A stretch of DNA of 62,792 bases, the filler included, from Chiloscyllium plagiosum (lineage: Eukaryota): assembly GCF_004010195.1 (NCBI RefSeq). It is 6 parts of one record of this genome, joined end to end, with 100 filler letters (N's around TTAATTAATTAA, not from the genome) between each part and the next. Parts side by side here need not be neighbours in the genome. Positions count along the whole stretch, not along the records: positions 26,494 to 42,504 come from NC_057713.1; 5 more parts are not named here. The stretch is one strand, 5' to 3'. The position numbers and the translations under genes are program-made. This document shows positions 26,520 through 38,129 of the stretch, in pieces; the stretch's first letter is position 1; each line of letters begins with the position of its first letter. A model generated the notes under the pieces. The model ran no database searches, had not been told where the DNA came from, and saw only the letters and a program-made list of their open reading frames with translations.

Positions 26520-26930
26520 CAGTTCTGGTGTATATAGGACAAACAGGAAGACAGCTAACGATCCACATCCATGAACATCAACTAGCCACGTAACGACACG
26601 ACCAGCTATCCCTAGTAGCCACACACGTAGACGACAATCAACATGAATTTGACTGGGACAACACTACTATTATAGGGCAAGCGAAACAAAGAACAGCCAG
26701 GGAATTCCTGGAAGCATGGCACTCATCCACAAACTCCATCAACAAACACATAGACCTGGACCCAATATACCGGCCACTACAGCGGACAGCTGAAACTGAC
26801 AACCGGAAGCGGCAGGGACAGGCCACTATAAATGCCAGAGGAAAGACCACAGAAGCGCTTCACAGGAGGCTCCCAAGCACTGAGGATGTCACCTAGACAG
26901 GGGACGAAACGTTTGCAACAAAAACTTCCT
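26520..26930 (+). mobile_element. Penelope-like element (Poseidon-type, tentative) 3' end with GIY-YIG remnant and hammerhead
   Basis: YIGQTGRQL..IHEHQLA and AREFLEAWHSSTNSINKH; HHR at 26877-26916. Confidence 0.85.
26877..26916 (+). ncRNA. Minimal type I hammerhead ribozyme motif
   Basis: GCA-CUGAGGA-U-GUCACCU/AGGGGAC stem II-GAAAC-GUU-UGC; stem I GCA:UGC. Confidence 0.7.
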
Positions 26931-26989
26931 CTTTCAAGATGAGTGATATGGTATTGAGCAGCTATGCCATAAGTGTAATTCAACTACAT

Positions 26990-29470
26990 ATCTGAATTTC
27001 AGCTGCGAATCTGAAATAACTGCACTGAGGCTGACATCCTATCACCAAGTCACCCCTTATTTATGCGTGCACAGGACATGGCCTCTGACCAGCCAGCTTG
27101 GAGACTCTCTGAAGCAGCTGTTTATTTTTTGTCCTTCTTCTTTTATTATTTTTTTCGTTTATCCTGTCACCATGTCACCCTTTATTTACTTGTGCAAAGC
27201 CAGCTCAGAGTCAGTCCCCTGAACTGAGGAGGTTCTAAACCTCCTCGTTATATTTTTTTTCTCCTGTTTATCTCTGTCAGCTAAGCGCCACCTGGCCCAG
27301 GTTAATAACCCCAATCAAGGATCTCATAGTCAATGAAAACCACCTGGCCCTGTTTCTAATCACTACATCCCTCTCCTCCTAAGTCCAGGAATGTAGGGCT
27401 GTTCTCTATCTTGTAGCTTCTCCTGGGAAGTTTTCGCCCCAAGACCGATTCATCTGACTCTGACTTGGATATAGGCAGTGTGTACCAGACCATAGCCATG
27501 TCTTGCACCCGGAGCATCTTGGCAGATGTTCCTCTTTTTTTTCTGGCTGTAACTGTATTGAGGCTGCATTCATCTTGGACTCTGAGACTTCTTCAACACT
27601 AGACAGAGAGGTGGATCCCAAACTATCTGACAGCTTTTTTGGCTGTCCTGAGGGGCCAGGTATGTTTGCTCCTGCCTCTTTGCGAAGTGGCAAATAGGTG
27701 ATCCACGTATTTGTTCAGGACCGCCTCACCTACATGAGCTTTGTATGTCACAGGACATGACCTCACATCGACTTCACTTTGTACCCATGCAGGGCCATTT
27801 CTGTGGTCTCGACACCAAATGTCGTCCCCTGAAGTAAACTGTCTCTCTTGCTTAGAGGAGGCATGTGGTTGGCATTGGTGTTCCTACTGCCATTTCTCCC
27901 TCTCCCCCAGATCTGGGAATATCACATTTAATCTGGTGCGGTGTCTTCTCCCCATTAACAACTCTGCTGGAGCTAACCTTGTAGTTGCATGAGGGCTAGT
28001 CCCATAATCAAACAGAAACAAGGACAGTTTGGTATCAAACAAAGCTGTATCTGTTTCTTTAAGTCTGCCTTCAACGTTTTATTTTCTCTTTACGCCAGAC
28101 CATTGGACGATGGATGGTATGCAGATGTCCAAATGTGCCAAATGCCATTCAACTATAGGATACACTCAAAATCCCTGCTGGTAAATGACATCCCTTTGTC
28201 CATGGCCAATACTTTCAAGAGTCCATGTATCATGAATGACGCTCACAGCTTTTCAGTTGTCATCCCTGTGTTTGAACTCACTGCATGTTCAACCATTTTG
28301 AATGGTATCCACAACTGACCAATCACATTGAGCTCATAAAAGAGCCGGCATAGTAGACATGTAACCAAGTCCAAGGTTTACCTGGCCATTCCCTTGGATG
28401 TGCGGGAGCTGCTGACAGTGTCCTTGTTAGCACTCTGGGCAGTGCCCCACCAATCCACCAATGCAGCTATGTTGGTATCCAACCCTGGCCACCAGACATA
28501 ACCTCTTGCTAACATTTTCATTTTGGATACCCCTGGATGACTCTGGTGGTGTCCTTTGCTCGGGCCAATCACTCTTGATGTGCCCGAGCAAATGTGCCTG
28601 AGTAATGTACCATCCTATACAGTGTTCCGGTCTTGCTGAGTCCAGATAGGTTTCAATCCTGGTTGTGATTGCCCTTTTGTTTCCCATCACCGCCAGCTGT
28701 TTTAGTTTTGCCAAGATGGAATCTTTTTGCGTCCACAGTCGGATATTGTCAGTGGTGACCAGAATGGTCTGGAAGGTTTAAAACCAGAATGGATTCTTCC
28801 ACCACACGCACCACCAGGGGCATCTGCCAATGGGAGGCAGCTCAATGCATCCAGATTTGCCATTGGATTCCTGGACGGTGTTCCAACTCATAATTGTACA
28901 CACTCAGAATAAGGGCCGACTTCTGAATTTGACAAGAAGCTATGGGTGGTACAGCCTTGTCTTCTTTAAGTGACCGTAGCAGGGGTTTGTGGTCTGTTAC
29001 TTTGACAAATTTATGTTCACAAAATTATTGGTGGAACTTTCTCACGCCAAAAATAACCACTAAACCTTCCTTCTCTTTCTGGACGAATTTGCGTTCAGTA
29101 TAAGCCCAAGTGTGAGAAGCCAAAGCTATTGGGCATTCCTCTCCTTTGGGCCACTGCATGAGCCAACACTGCCTTGATGCCATGTGGGGAGTAATCGCAT
29201 GTCAGCATCACCCCTTGCTTGGGAATATAGTGGGCCAACACCTTAGGTGATGATAGCTGCTTTTTCACTTCCCTAAAGGCTACTTCTTGGCTATGCGATC
29301 ATTACCGAGGCTGACTCTTCTTCAATAGCAGGTGTAAGGGTGCCAAGATGGAGCCAGGTACCATAATTATTCACCAAATCAAGGAAAGACCTAAACTCCG
29401 GTACAGATGTGGCAGCTGGACACTTTTGTCACCCTCACTTTATTCTTCAATGGGTGTAACCCAGTTTTGT
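26990..29470 (-). mobile_element. Degraded Gypsy LTR retrotransposon (RT end, RNase H, integrase, PPT, 3' LTR)
   Basis: Minus-strand HPGVSKMKMLARGYVWWPGLD and KEGLVVIFGVRKFHQ. PPT aggaggagaggga (27368-80) precedes an LTR starting tgtagtg at 27367. Confidence 0.85.
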
Positions 29471-29477
29471 TCAGTCT

Positions 29478-30310
29478 GTACCCCAATATTTTACAGACAT
29501 AAATTTGTTATAGTAATGGACCACAAACCTCTGCTAGGGCTACTTAAGACCCATGTACCATTCATACCTTTTCATCGAATTCAGCAGTGGGCCCTTATTC
29601 AAAGTGCGTACAATTACAAGTTGGAGCACTATCCAGGAGGCCAATGTACAAATGCAGATGCTTTGAACCTCCTCCCAGTAGCAGGTGCTCCAAAGGTGCT
29701 GCCTCCGCTGGAAGAGTCTGTCCTGATTTTGAACTTTCTGGACACCCTTCCAATCACCACTAACAAAATATCTGACAGCGGACTCAAAAAGATCCAGTCC
29801 TGGCAAAAGTAAAACAGCTGCTGGTAATGGGGGAAACAAAAAGGCTATCACAACCAGAATTGAAACCTTTCTGGACCTGGCAAGATCAGATCACCATAGT
29901 GGGCAGCATATTACTATGAGATGCAAGAGTGATTGCCTTGATTAATGCCTCCCCCTTTTTCTGGCATTGAGGAAACCTAAGAGTCTGAGATGGATGCAGT
30001 CTCAACATCATTAGTGCCAAAATAAGAAAAGGAGACTCTCCCAAAATGGTCCAGGTGCAAGAGACAAACAGGTATGATACATGCTACCCGTCTGAGTCCA
30101 AGTCACAAGAACCATATCTGAGGTGGAATCATCCCAGGAGAAGCTACAAGAGAAGGAGCAGGCCTACATCACTGGACTTAGTAGGGGAAGAGTGTAGTGA
30201 TTGGAACCAGAGTCAGGTGGATCTTATTGACTATGAGATCCTTGATTGGGGTTGTTCACCTGGGCCAATCAGATAGTTCTGGCTGATAGATAGAAACAGG
30301 AGATTCAACC
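29478..30310 (+). mobile_element. Second copy of the same Gypsy family, internally deleted
   Basis: DHKPLLGLL, IQQWALI..AYNYKLEHYPG..NADAL; PPT gtaggggaagag, then LTR tgtagtgatt at 30193. Confidence 0.8.
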
Positions 30311-30390
30311 AGCACAGATTACTAAAGAGTCTGTTGTACTTGATTAATTAAATGTTCTAAGGAAGCCACTGTGTTTATAAATAACATTGA

Positions 30391-30511
30391 GGCAGTGTTT
30401 GTCACTGGCCACCCGGGTGTTTTCCTATCTTCCTGGTGGTGGAAATTGAATAAAGATTCGTGCACTTTGTCTTTCACTGTGTCTCACACCTGCAAAAAAA
30501 AAAGAAAAAAA
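30391..30511 (+). mobile_element. 5'-truncated poly(A) retro-insertion (L1/Tx1-type mobilisation)
   Basis: AATAAA, an A tail and a 12-bp TSD aaataacattga (30379-90 / 30512-23). Confidence 0.8.
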
Positions 30512-30952
30512 AAATAACATTGATGCAATTTCAATGAAATCCCATATCATATTGGCATATTTTATTGTCACCAAATCTAAACACTTACAAATATATCATA
30601 ATTTAATCACTTTTGTAACATGAAACCCTGTTTATTGTTTCATAATAAAATAAAAATAAACAGGAGATTCAGAAGGTCTCCTCAGTCTAGGGACTGGCTT
30701 TGTGCTGTCTGGGCACAGCCCGTGTTCTGTGAAAAAAAACCAGGAGATTCAGAAGGTCTCCTCACTCTAGGGATTGGCTTTGAGCTGACTCTCTCCATAG
30801 ATGCTCACTCACCTGCTGAGAATTTCGAGGGTTTTCTGTTTAATGTTTTAGCTTTCTTGTTAAGACAAATTATTAGTATAAGCTGTAACTTGAATGTATT
30901 TTTCAAACTTATTCAGATGACTTCTATTCACTTTTATTATTTTTCATCACAG

Positions 30953-31118
30953 ACAATACATATTCACACCAGACTAGACCAGCGAAAGGACGTGGTCAAT
31001 AATCAGCACAGCGACTGGTCATTCAAAGTAGATGGGATTCTCCACAATGTTCCACAGGATGTTGTGTACAAAGTCGTTGCAAAGAATGTGGTGTCTAGCA
31101 CAATAAATGGCTTCAGCA
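30953..31118 (+). CDS. KIF9: Kinesin family member 9, motor-domain exon
   Basis: catcacag acceptor, gtacgt donor, 166 bp, phase 0/1. TIHIHTRLDQRKDVVNNQHSDWSFKVDGILHNVPQDVVYKVVAKNVVSSTINGFS resembles recalled KIF9 VVNNQQTDWSFKLDGVLH. Confidence 0.92.
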
Positions 31119-31648
31119 GTACGTAGGTCTAAATCCTCTGATTGGGAGAAAATTGAGGAATCTCAGCTCAGGGAGTTTTGTGAGAATAAGGCTTATGTTC
31201 AGGTTCCCAGAAAGGATTGATCCTGTTGTCAATGACATTTGACTGTGCAAACTGAGAACATTGAATACAGTTGCATGTAGCAGTGGAAGATTTTTAAAAT
31301 TTGTTCTTGGAGGTGGTCTTCCCTGGCATGGCCAGTATTTATTACCTATGTCTCATTGCCCTTGAAAAGATGCTGTTGACACAAAAACAGAAATTGCTGG
31401 AAAAAAGAACTCAGCAGTCTGGCAGCATCTGTGGAGAAAAATCAGAGTTAATGTTTCAGGTCCAGTGACCATTCTTTGGAAAGATGCTTTTGAGCTGTCT
31501 TCTTGAACCATTGTACATTTTTGTCTTGGTGAAGGTACACTCACATACTGTTAGAGATGGAGTTATGGGATTTTGATCCAGACATGAAGAAACAATGATG
31601 CATTTGTAAGTCAAAATGGTGTTTGACATGAGACTCAATTTGCATATG

Positions 31649-31864
31649 CAGTCTGTTCTGATATAACGCGATAGTTCAGTTATCGTGTGATCCCACATTA
31701 TAAAAAAATTGCATAATAGCAGCACTGTTTAAACTAGTGGGACTGGAATTGTGTTATAGCCAATTCAGGTAAGGAAAGTTCGCATTCTACAGGTAATGGT
31801 CTAAACTCTTCAATCACATTATAATCAATTCATGTTGAAGAAACATGCATTATAGTGTAGACTA
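31649..31864. mobile_element. Tc1/mariner (Tigger-like) MITE
   Basis: Imperfect TIRs cagtctgttctgatataacgc and gcattatagtgtagacta. Confidence 0.55.
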
Positions 31865-32498
31865 TAGATGATGATGTTTCTATAATTGTTGCCCTTGTCC
31901 TTGTAATATGGTCGATGACGCAGATTTGAGTGGTTTATTGAAGAAATGTCGGTGAACTATTGCAGTGTACTTTGCATATTGTATGATAGCTGCCATTGCA
32001 TTGGTGATGGAGGTAGTTCTTGAAATGTCAACCGTTGCTTTATCCTGGATATTACTATGCCTCTGTGTTGTTTTGGAGTTGTACACAAGCAGGAAAATGG
32101 AAATTTTATGTTCCTGGCTTGTGTCTTTGTTATGATCCCAGATGATCTTATTCCTGGATAAGTCTGATCCCAGAATGGAATCTGGTTTGGTAAATTATGT
32201 TGTGTTCAGGTTTGTTTTAAATGTAGTGGTCTCACAAAGAAACATAAGTATGCAAAGTTACAGGTTTAGTTTTTACAATTAAACAAAAATTTATTTCATA
32301 AAAGCTATTTACACATAACACAAGTTTAGAGGTTTTAAAAAACATGGTAAAATATAATCCAATTCATCCAAAACACCACTTTACAGATCCAAAACACTGC
32401 TGTATATTACCCAAAAGTGCCCCAACTAGTGTACTCACACCAGAGAAGGTCCTTTTCTCTAACATCTCAATAGATTTAATTTGACAGCAACCTCAACA

Positions 32499-32799
32499 GG
32501 GGCAGAACGGTAGCTCAGTGGTTAGCACTGCTGCCTCACTGTGCCAGGAATTTGGGTTTGATTCCAGCTTTGGAATCTGTCTGTGTGGAGTTTACATGTT
32601 CTCCCTGTGTCTGTGTGGGTTTCTGCTGGGTGCTCTGGTTTCTTCCCAGAGTCTAAAGAAGTGCAGGCTGGGTGGATTGGCCAAGGGAAATGTGGGAATC
32701 GGGTAGAGGACTGGGTCTTTCTTGGTGGGATGCACTTCGGTGGTTCAGTGCAGATTTGATGGACCGAATTTCCTCTCCCTTCACTGTAGGGATTCTATG
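32499..32799 (+). mobile_element. HE1/V-type SINE
   Basis: A box tagctcagtgg, B-box-like ggtttgattcc, V-domain. Confidence 0.85.
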
Positions 32800-32879
32800 C
32801 AAAAACAAAATTCTCAGTCTAGAAATTCTTATCCTGCATCTGTCATACACCTGAGTTTAAATGATTTATCCAAAATGCT

Positions 32880-33846
32880 CATAGAGTCATAGAGATGTAC
32901 AGCATGGAAACAGACCCTTCCGTCCAACCCGTCCATGCCGACCAGATATCCCAACCCAAACTAGTCCCACCTGCCAGTACCCGGCCCATATCTCTCCAAA
33001 CCCTTCCTATTCATATACCCATCCAAATGCCTCTTAAATGTTGCAATTGTACCAGCCTCCACCACATTCTCTGGCAGCTCATTCCATACACGTACCACCC
33101 TCTGCGTGAAAAAGTTGCCCCTTAGGTCTCTTTTATATCTTTACCCTCTCACCCTAAACCTATGTCCTCTAGTTCTGGACCCCCCGACCCCAGGGAAAAG
33201 ACTTTGTCTATTTATCCTATCCATGCCCCTCATAATTTTGTAAACCTCTATAAGGTCACCCCTCAGCCTCNNNNNNNNNNNNNNNNNNNNNNNNNNNNNN
33301 NNNNNNNNNNNNNNNNNNNNNNNNNNNNNNNNNNNNNNNNNNNNNNNNNNNNNNNNNNNNNNNNNNNNNNNNNNNNNNNNNNNNNNNNNNNNNNNNNNCA
33401 CTCCAAGGTCTCTTTGTTCAGCAACACTCCCTAGGGCCTTACCATTAAGTGTATAAGTCCTGCTAAGATTTGCTTTCCCAAAATGCTGCACCCTGCATTT
33501 ATCTGAATTAAACTCCATCTGCCACTTCTCAGTCCATTGGCCTATCTGACCCAGATCCTATTGTAATTTGAGGTAATCCTCTTCTGTGTCCACTACACCT
33601 CCAATTTTGGTGTCATCTGCAAACTTACTAACTGTACCTCTTATGCTCGCATCCAAATCATTTATATAAATGACAAAAAGTAGAGGGCCCAGCACCGATC
33701 CTTGTGGCACTCCACTGGTCACAGGCCTCCAGTCTGAAAAATAACCCTCCACCACCACCCTCTGTCTTCTACCTTTGAGCCAGTTCTGTATCCAAATGGC
33801 TAGTTCTCCCTATATTCCATGAGCTCTAACCTTGCTAATCAGTCTC
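32880..33846 (-). mobile_element. Young CR1 LINE 3' portion with an internal N gap
   Basis: [28 protein letters not shown]; near-identical to 19545-20315. Confidence 0.92.
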
Positions 33847-34228
33847 ATATTCTGGAATTATTACTAAACTCCTCAATCTAAGATAATCTATTCTTACTAC
33901 TTCTCCCTTTCTCAGGACCACTGCTTTGTACATCCATCTCCAAACTGCATATATGCCCCAAACTGAAATTAAAACAAAACCTTTATTTAAAAGCTATGGA
34001 TTAAACTATTGTTCTAAGTTATAAGTTTAAAAAAACACGTTCACAATTTTCTAACAAAAACCCTGATGTCAAATTGTTTACCTTGCTTGGTTGTAAACTT
34101 GCCTAGTGTACAAAAAAACCTAGTTGTTCTGGAAGTTATCTTGCTATTGTTTTAAAATAAATCACCATGGCTACAGAAACAGTTACAAAGTAATCATTCA
34201 ACTCTTCATGGACTTAAAAGTGCATATA

Positions 34229-34394
34229 CAGAGGAACCTCGAATACCCAGCATTAGATTATCCAAATATTGGATTGTCTTGCAAGGTCCCGATGCTTGGC
34301 TAAACTATGTTATCCGGCATTCGATTATCTGGAATTTGATTAACCGAGCAAAACACTCCTTGCCCATGTCTTTCGGATAAGCAAGGCTCCTCTG
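34229..34394. mobile_element. Tc1/mariner (pogo/Tigger-like) MITE
   Basis: TIRs cagaggaacctcg and caaggctcctctg with TA on both sides (34227-28, 34395-96); internal cgattatc repeats. Confidence 0.8.
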
Positions 34395-34649
34395 TACTTG
34401 GATTTCCAAAGGCATTTAGTAAGTTGTTACATAAAGTATTAAATATGCACGGTTGGGCTCATACAGTTGGAGGTCTAAACTTAAAAATAAACACATTAAA
34501 CTACATATAAATCACACACCCTACATTAAATATTGCGATTCATGAGGCAGCCAATTATCACTTTATCAAGGGCTTTGAGAATTCCAGATTTTAGTTAATT
34601 GTCACAAAATTCCCTACTTTCCATCTAACATATTCATGCTCCTCATGAT

Positions 34650-35420
34650 CTAATATGCCTCAATCATGTCTCCTCTCAGCCTGCTCTGCTCCAAAGAGAA
34701 CAGCCCAAACCTATCCAGCCTCTCCTCATAGCTAAACCGTTCCATCTCAGGCCACAACATGGTAAAAGCCCCCTGCAACCCCTCCAATGGAATCACACTA
34801 TTCCTATAGTGCGATGATCAGAACTGCAAACAGTACTCCAATTAAGGCCTAAACAAAGTACAGTTCCATCATAACCTCCTTGCTCTTATAATCTAGCCAC
34901 AATTGACAAAGGGAGTGTCCCATATTCCTTCTTGACTACCCTGTTACCCTGTCCTGCCACTTGCAGGAATTTATGGACAAACACACCAAGGCCCCTCTGT
35001 TCTTCTGAGCTTCCTACTGTTAAACATTCATTGAGTACTCCCTTGTCTTGTAACTACTTCCAAAGTGCATCGCCTCACACGTAATAGAGTTAAATTCCAT
35101 CTACCACAGATCTGCGCATTCAACCAATCCATCTATATCATCCTGCAACCTAAGACCTTCTCCTTCATTGTCAACTACCCAACCAACCTACACGTTATCC
35201 AACCTCTTCAACATTTTCTTCTTTATGTTTATCTGTGGAATTCACTATCCCGAAGTGCAGTGGATGCTGGGACAGTGAGTAAATTTAAGGAGGAGTGAGA
35301 CAGAGTTTTGCTGAAGGGATATGGAGAGAAGGCAGGAAAATAGGGGTAAGGAACATATCAGCCATGATCGAATGGCAGAGCAGATTAATTCTACTCCTAT
35401 GTCTTATGAACTTATGAATT
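34650..35420. mobile_element. Old CR1 fragments (minus about 34650-35200, plus 3' end about 35225-35420)
   Basis: Homologous to young CR1 copies; LWNSL..SAVDAG.V.KFK; cttatg tail repeats. Confidence 0.65.
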
Positions 35421-37883
35421 GTGTATTTATCTTGCCAATTTCATTTTGAACAGCAACCCCCACCACCACCGTTCTGCTGCAGATTTACCCAGAAGTGGCT
35501 GTTCCCAGTCAACCTTTGAATGAATAATTTATTGTCACTTCTAAGTTTTTGGGATCATAGAATCCCTACAGTGTGGAAGCACTGGAAGCAGTGTGGAAGG
35601 CCATTTGGACCATCGAGTCTACACCACCCCTCCGAACAGCATCCCACCCAGACCAACCCCACTACCCGATCCCTGTAACCCTGCACAAGGTTATGTCAGA
35701 TGGAAGTTCATTAAAGAACTCCTATAGCAAATTTCTGGAGCTGAGATGATTGACCTCCAATAACAGTCATTCTTGTTTATGATAGGCACGGTCCCAATCA
35801 GTGGACAGTTCCTCTCCTCTTCCAAAATTCCCAATGATTTCAACTTTTTTAGGGTTCCATGATGCTAAAAATGGTCAAATGCTACTTTAATGTTCAGGGC
35901 AATCACCATCACCTGACCTCTGTTTAACTAAGGCTTTAATGAGATCTGGAGGTGAGTGGAGCTGGCAGTATGGATTCTGACCATCAGTGAGCAAATATTT
36001 GATGAGTAAGTGCCACTCTATAGCACTGTCGACAAAACCTTCCATCACTTTGTTGACATTTAAGAGTGGACTATGGAACTATAATTGACTGGAATAAATT
36101 TGTCATGCTGTTTGTGAATGGGGGGACTTTTGCACAGCTTCTCTGGTTTAGGATTAAGATAGCGAGTCTGGAAGCAGCATTCCAGTGTGGTTCAGGTCAT
36201 CAGATGAAGCAAGTCAGAAAGTAGGATGCTGACTACTATTGGCACCAACCTGCAGCAGCAGTACTATGCTATCAGCATTGATGCTAGGTTGGTGTTGTGT
36301 GAGGAGAAAGTTCTTTTGGCTCTTTTCCCTCACTGACATCACTTTGAAACTGAGTTCAGGTGTGTATGCCTTCTGTCAGCAGATAGAAAGAAATATGCTT
36401 AGCTGTTTGGCATCATAACAAGATGTGAATGAGAGACCAGAAACTAGATTTTTAGTTGTTTGTCAGTTCAATCTGCTTTTTGATGGTGCCACATGTAGTG
36501 ATGGGTGGTGAAATGTAGATGGCTGGTGTTTGACATTTGGTAGAGCTATTGTTGGCATGACCCCACTGGAAGTTTGTAAACCTTTATGATGTTAGCTTGC
36601 CTAATATAATTATAATGGAGGACTCAAAGCTATCTCCCAACAGGATTTCTTCTGTTTTGGGAACCAAGTCAACCCAGATGTATAATGCTTTATCTTATTT
36701 TGTATGATATTAACATACAATTATTTGGAATCCATGGATCTGCATCTAGTATGTGTTGGATTCTGGTAAGTTGGAGTTTAGAGGCCAAGAACGTCAACCA
36801 TTTAAATTCTAAATTCCTTTAACAAGAGTTCATGTTTTGCTCCAAGAGGACATCAATGTAATAATGTATGTGAAATTGACTAAGAGCAAAGATAATAATA
36901 GGCTTGTTAGAATTGTTCAAAACGATGAATACGTTTGATAAATAAGGAGAAATTGTTTCCAGCAACAGAAAGGACAGTAACCAGACATCATAGATTTAAG
37001 TGTTATGGCAAAAGAACCAAAGGCAATTTGAAGAGCTTAGTTTTGACACTGAATTGAAATACATTGCTTGAACTAGTGATGAATCTGATTCAATAATAAC
37101 TGTTATAAGGAAATTGTCTAAGTATTTGATGGGAACAAAAGAGAGAGCTATGAATGCAGAACAAGGATGTGGGCTAAATGAATAGCTCTCCTCCAAAGAA
37201 CCAGAAGAGTCATGATGGGCCATTTAAAACTAGATGATAAAGGCTGCTGGAGACAGGAAATAATTTTAAGAGTATAGGAAATATACAAGACACTACGAGA
37301 ATCCTGAACCTAAAAATAAAAAAAGACGATCTTTTGAGGGAGGGATTTTTTTTAATTTTTTTCACCGCCTGTTTGCATATTCCCAGCATCATCTTCTTTT
37401 AAATTTCCAACTTTTGTGTCTACATCACTTATTTACAGCATATTTTCCAACTGGCAAACCTTCGACAGAGAGGCAAATGACTTGCTTTACATTTCTAACA
37501 CATGCAGTTTCTTTTTATTTGCATTGACAATGTTCAGAGTTCAAGTCCCAGCATTGACAACATTCTAAACACTATTCAGCCTGTCATGTCTGTGCTAACT
37601 TTTTACAAAAACAACATTACTAGTCCCAAGCTCCCATCCTTTACACATAAACCAGCAGACATTTTCTCTTCATGTGTTTATCCAATTTCCATTTGAAAAG
37701 CTGCCTCCACCACCCAGTCAGCTCAAAAATGAATACTCTTTCTTTCTTCAACATTCCAATCCCTCACCTTGATGACCACACAAAAAGTATTCCTTTCCTG
37801 CCTTGTCCAAAGAATCTGAGGAGGAAGATACAGGAAAAAAGTACTATGTATAAATTACAGACTATTTTTCCCATTTCCTTTAG

Positions 37884-37990
37884 GTACAATAATGTGTTAC
37901 GGACAAACAGGGGCAGGAAAAACCTACACAATGACTGGAGCTACAGAGAAATATGATTACCGTGGTATCATTCCAAGAGCAATTCAGCAG
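37884..37990 (+). CDS. KIF9: Kinesin family member 9, P-loop exon
   Basis: cctttag acceptor, gtatga donor, 107 bp, phase 1/0. TIMCYGQTGAGKTYTMTGATEKYDYRGIIPRAIQQ contains the kinesin Walker A GQTGAGKT. Confidence 0.95.
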
Positions 37991-38129
37991 GTATGATTTG
38001 CAGTGACTAAACTATAATAATTGTTTTTTTGGGATTCCTCTCCTATTAACCAAGTGTATCATTCCATGTGTGATCAGTGTTCCTGCATTGTTATGAATGA
38101 AAATTCAGCCACACATTCTTTCATGGATT

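Noticed and set aside
30620..31126. 168-aa ORF as a single-exon gene
   Set aside because: Only 30953-31118 is KIF9-like and splice-bounded; the upstream part is intronic.
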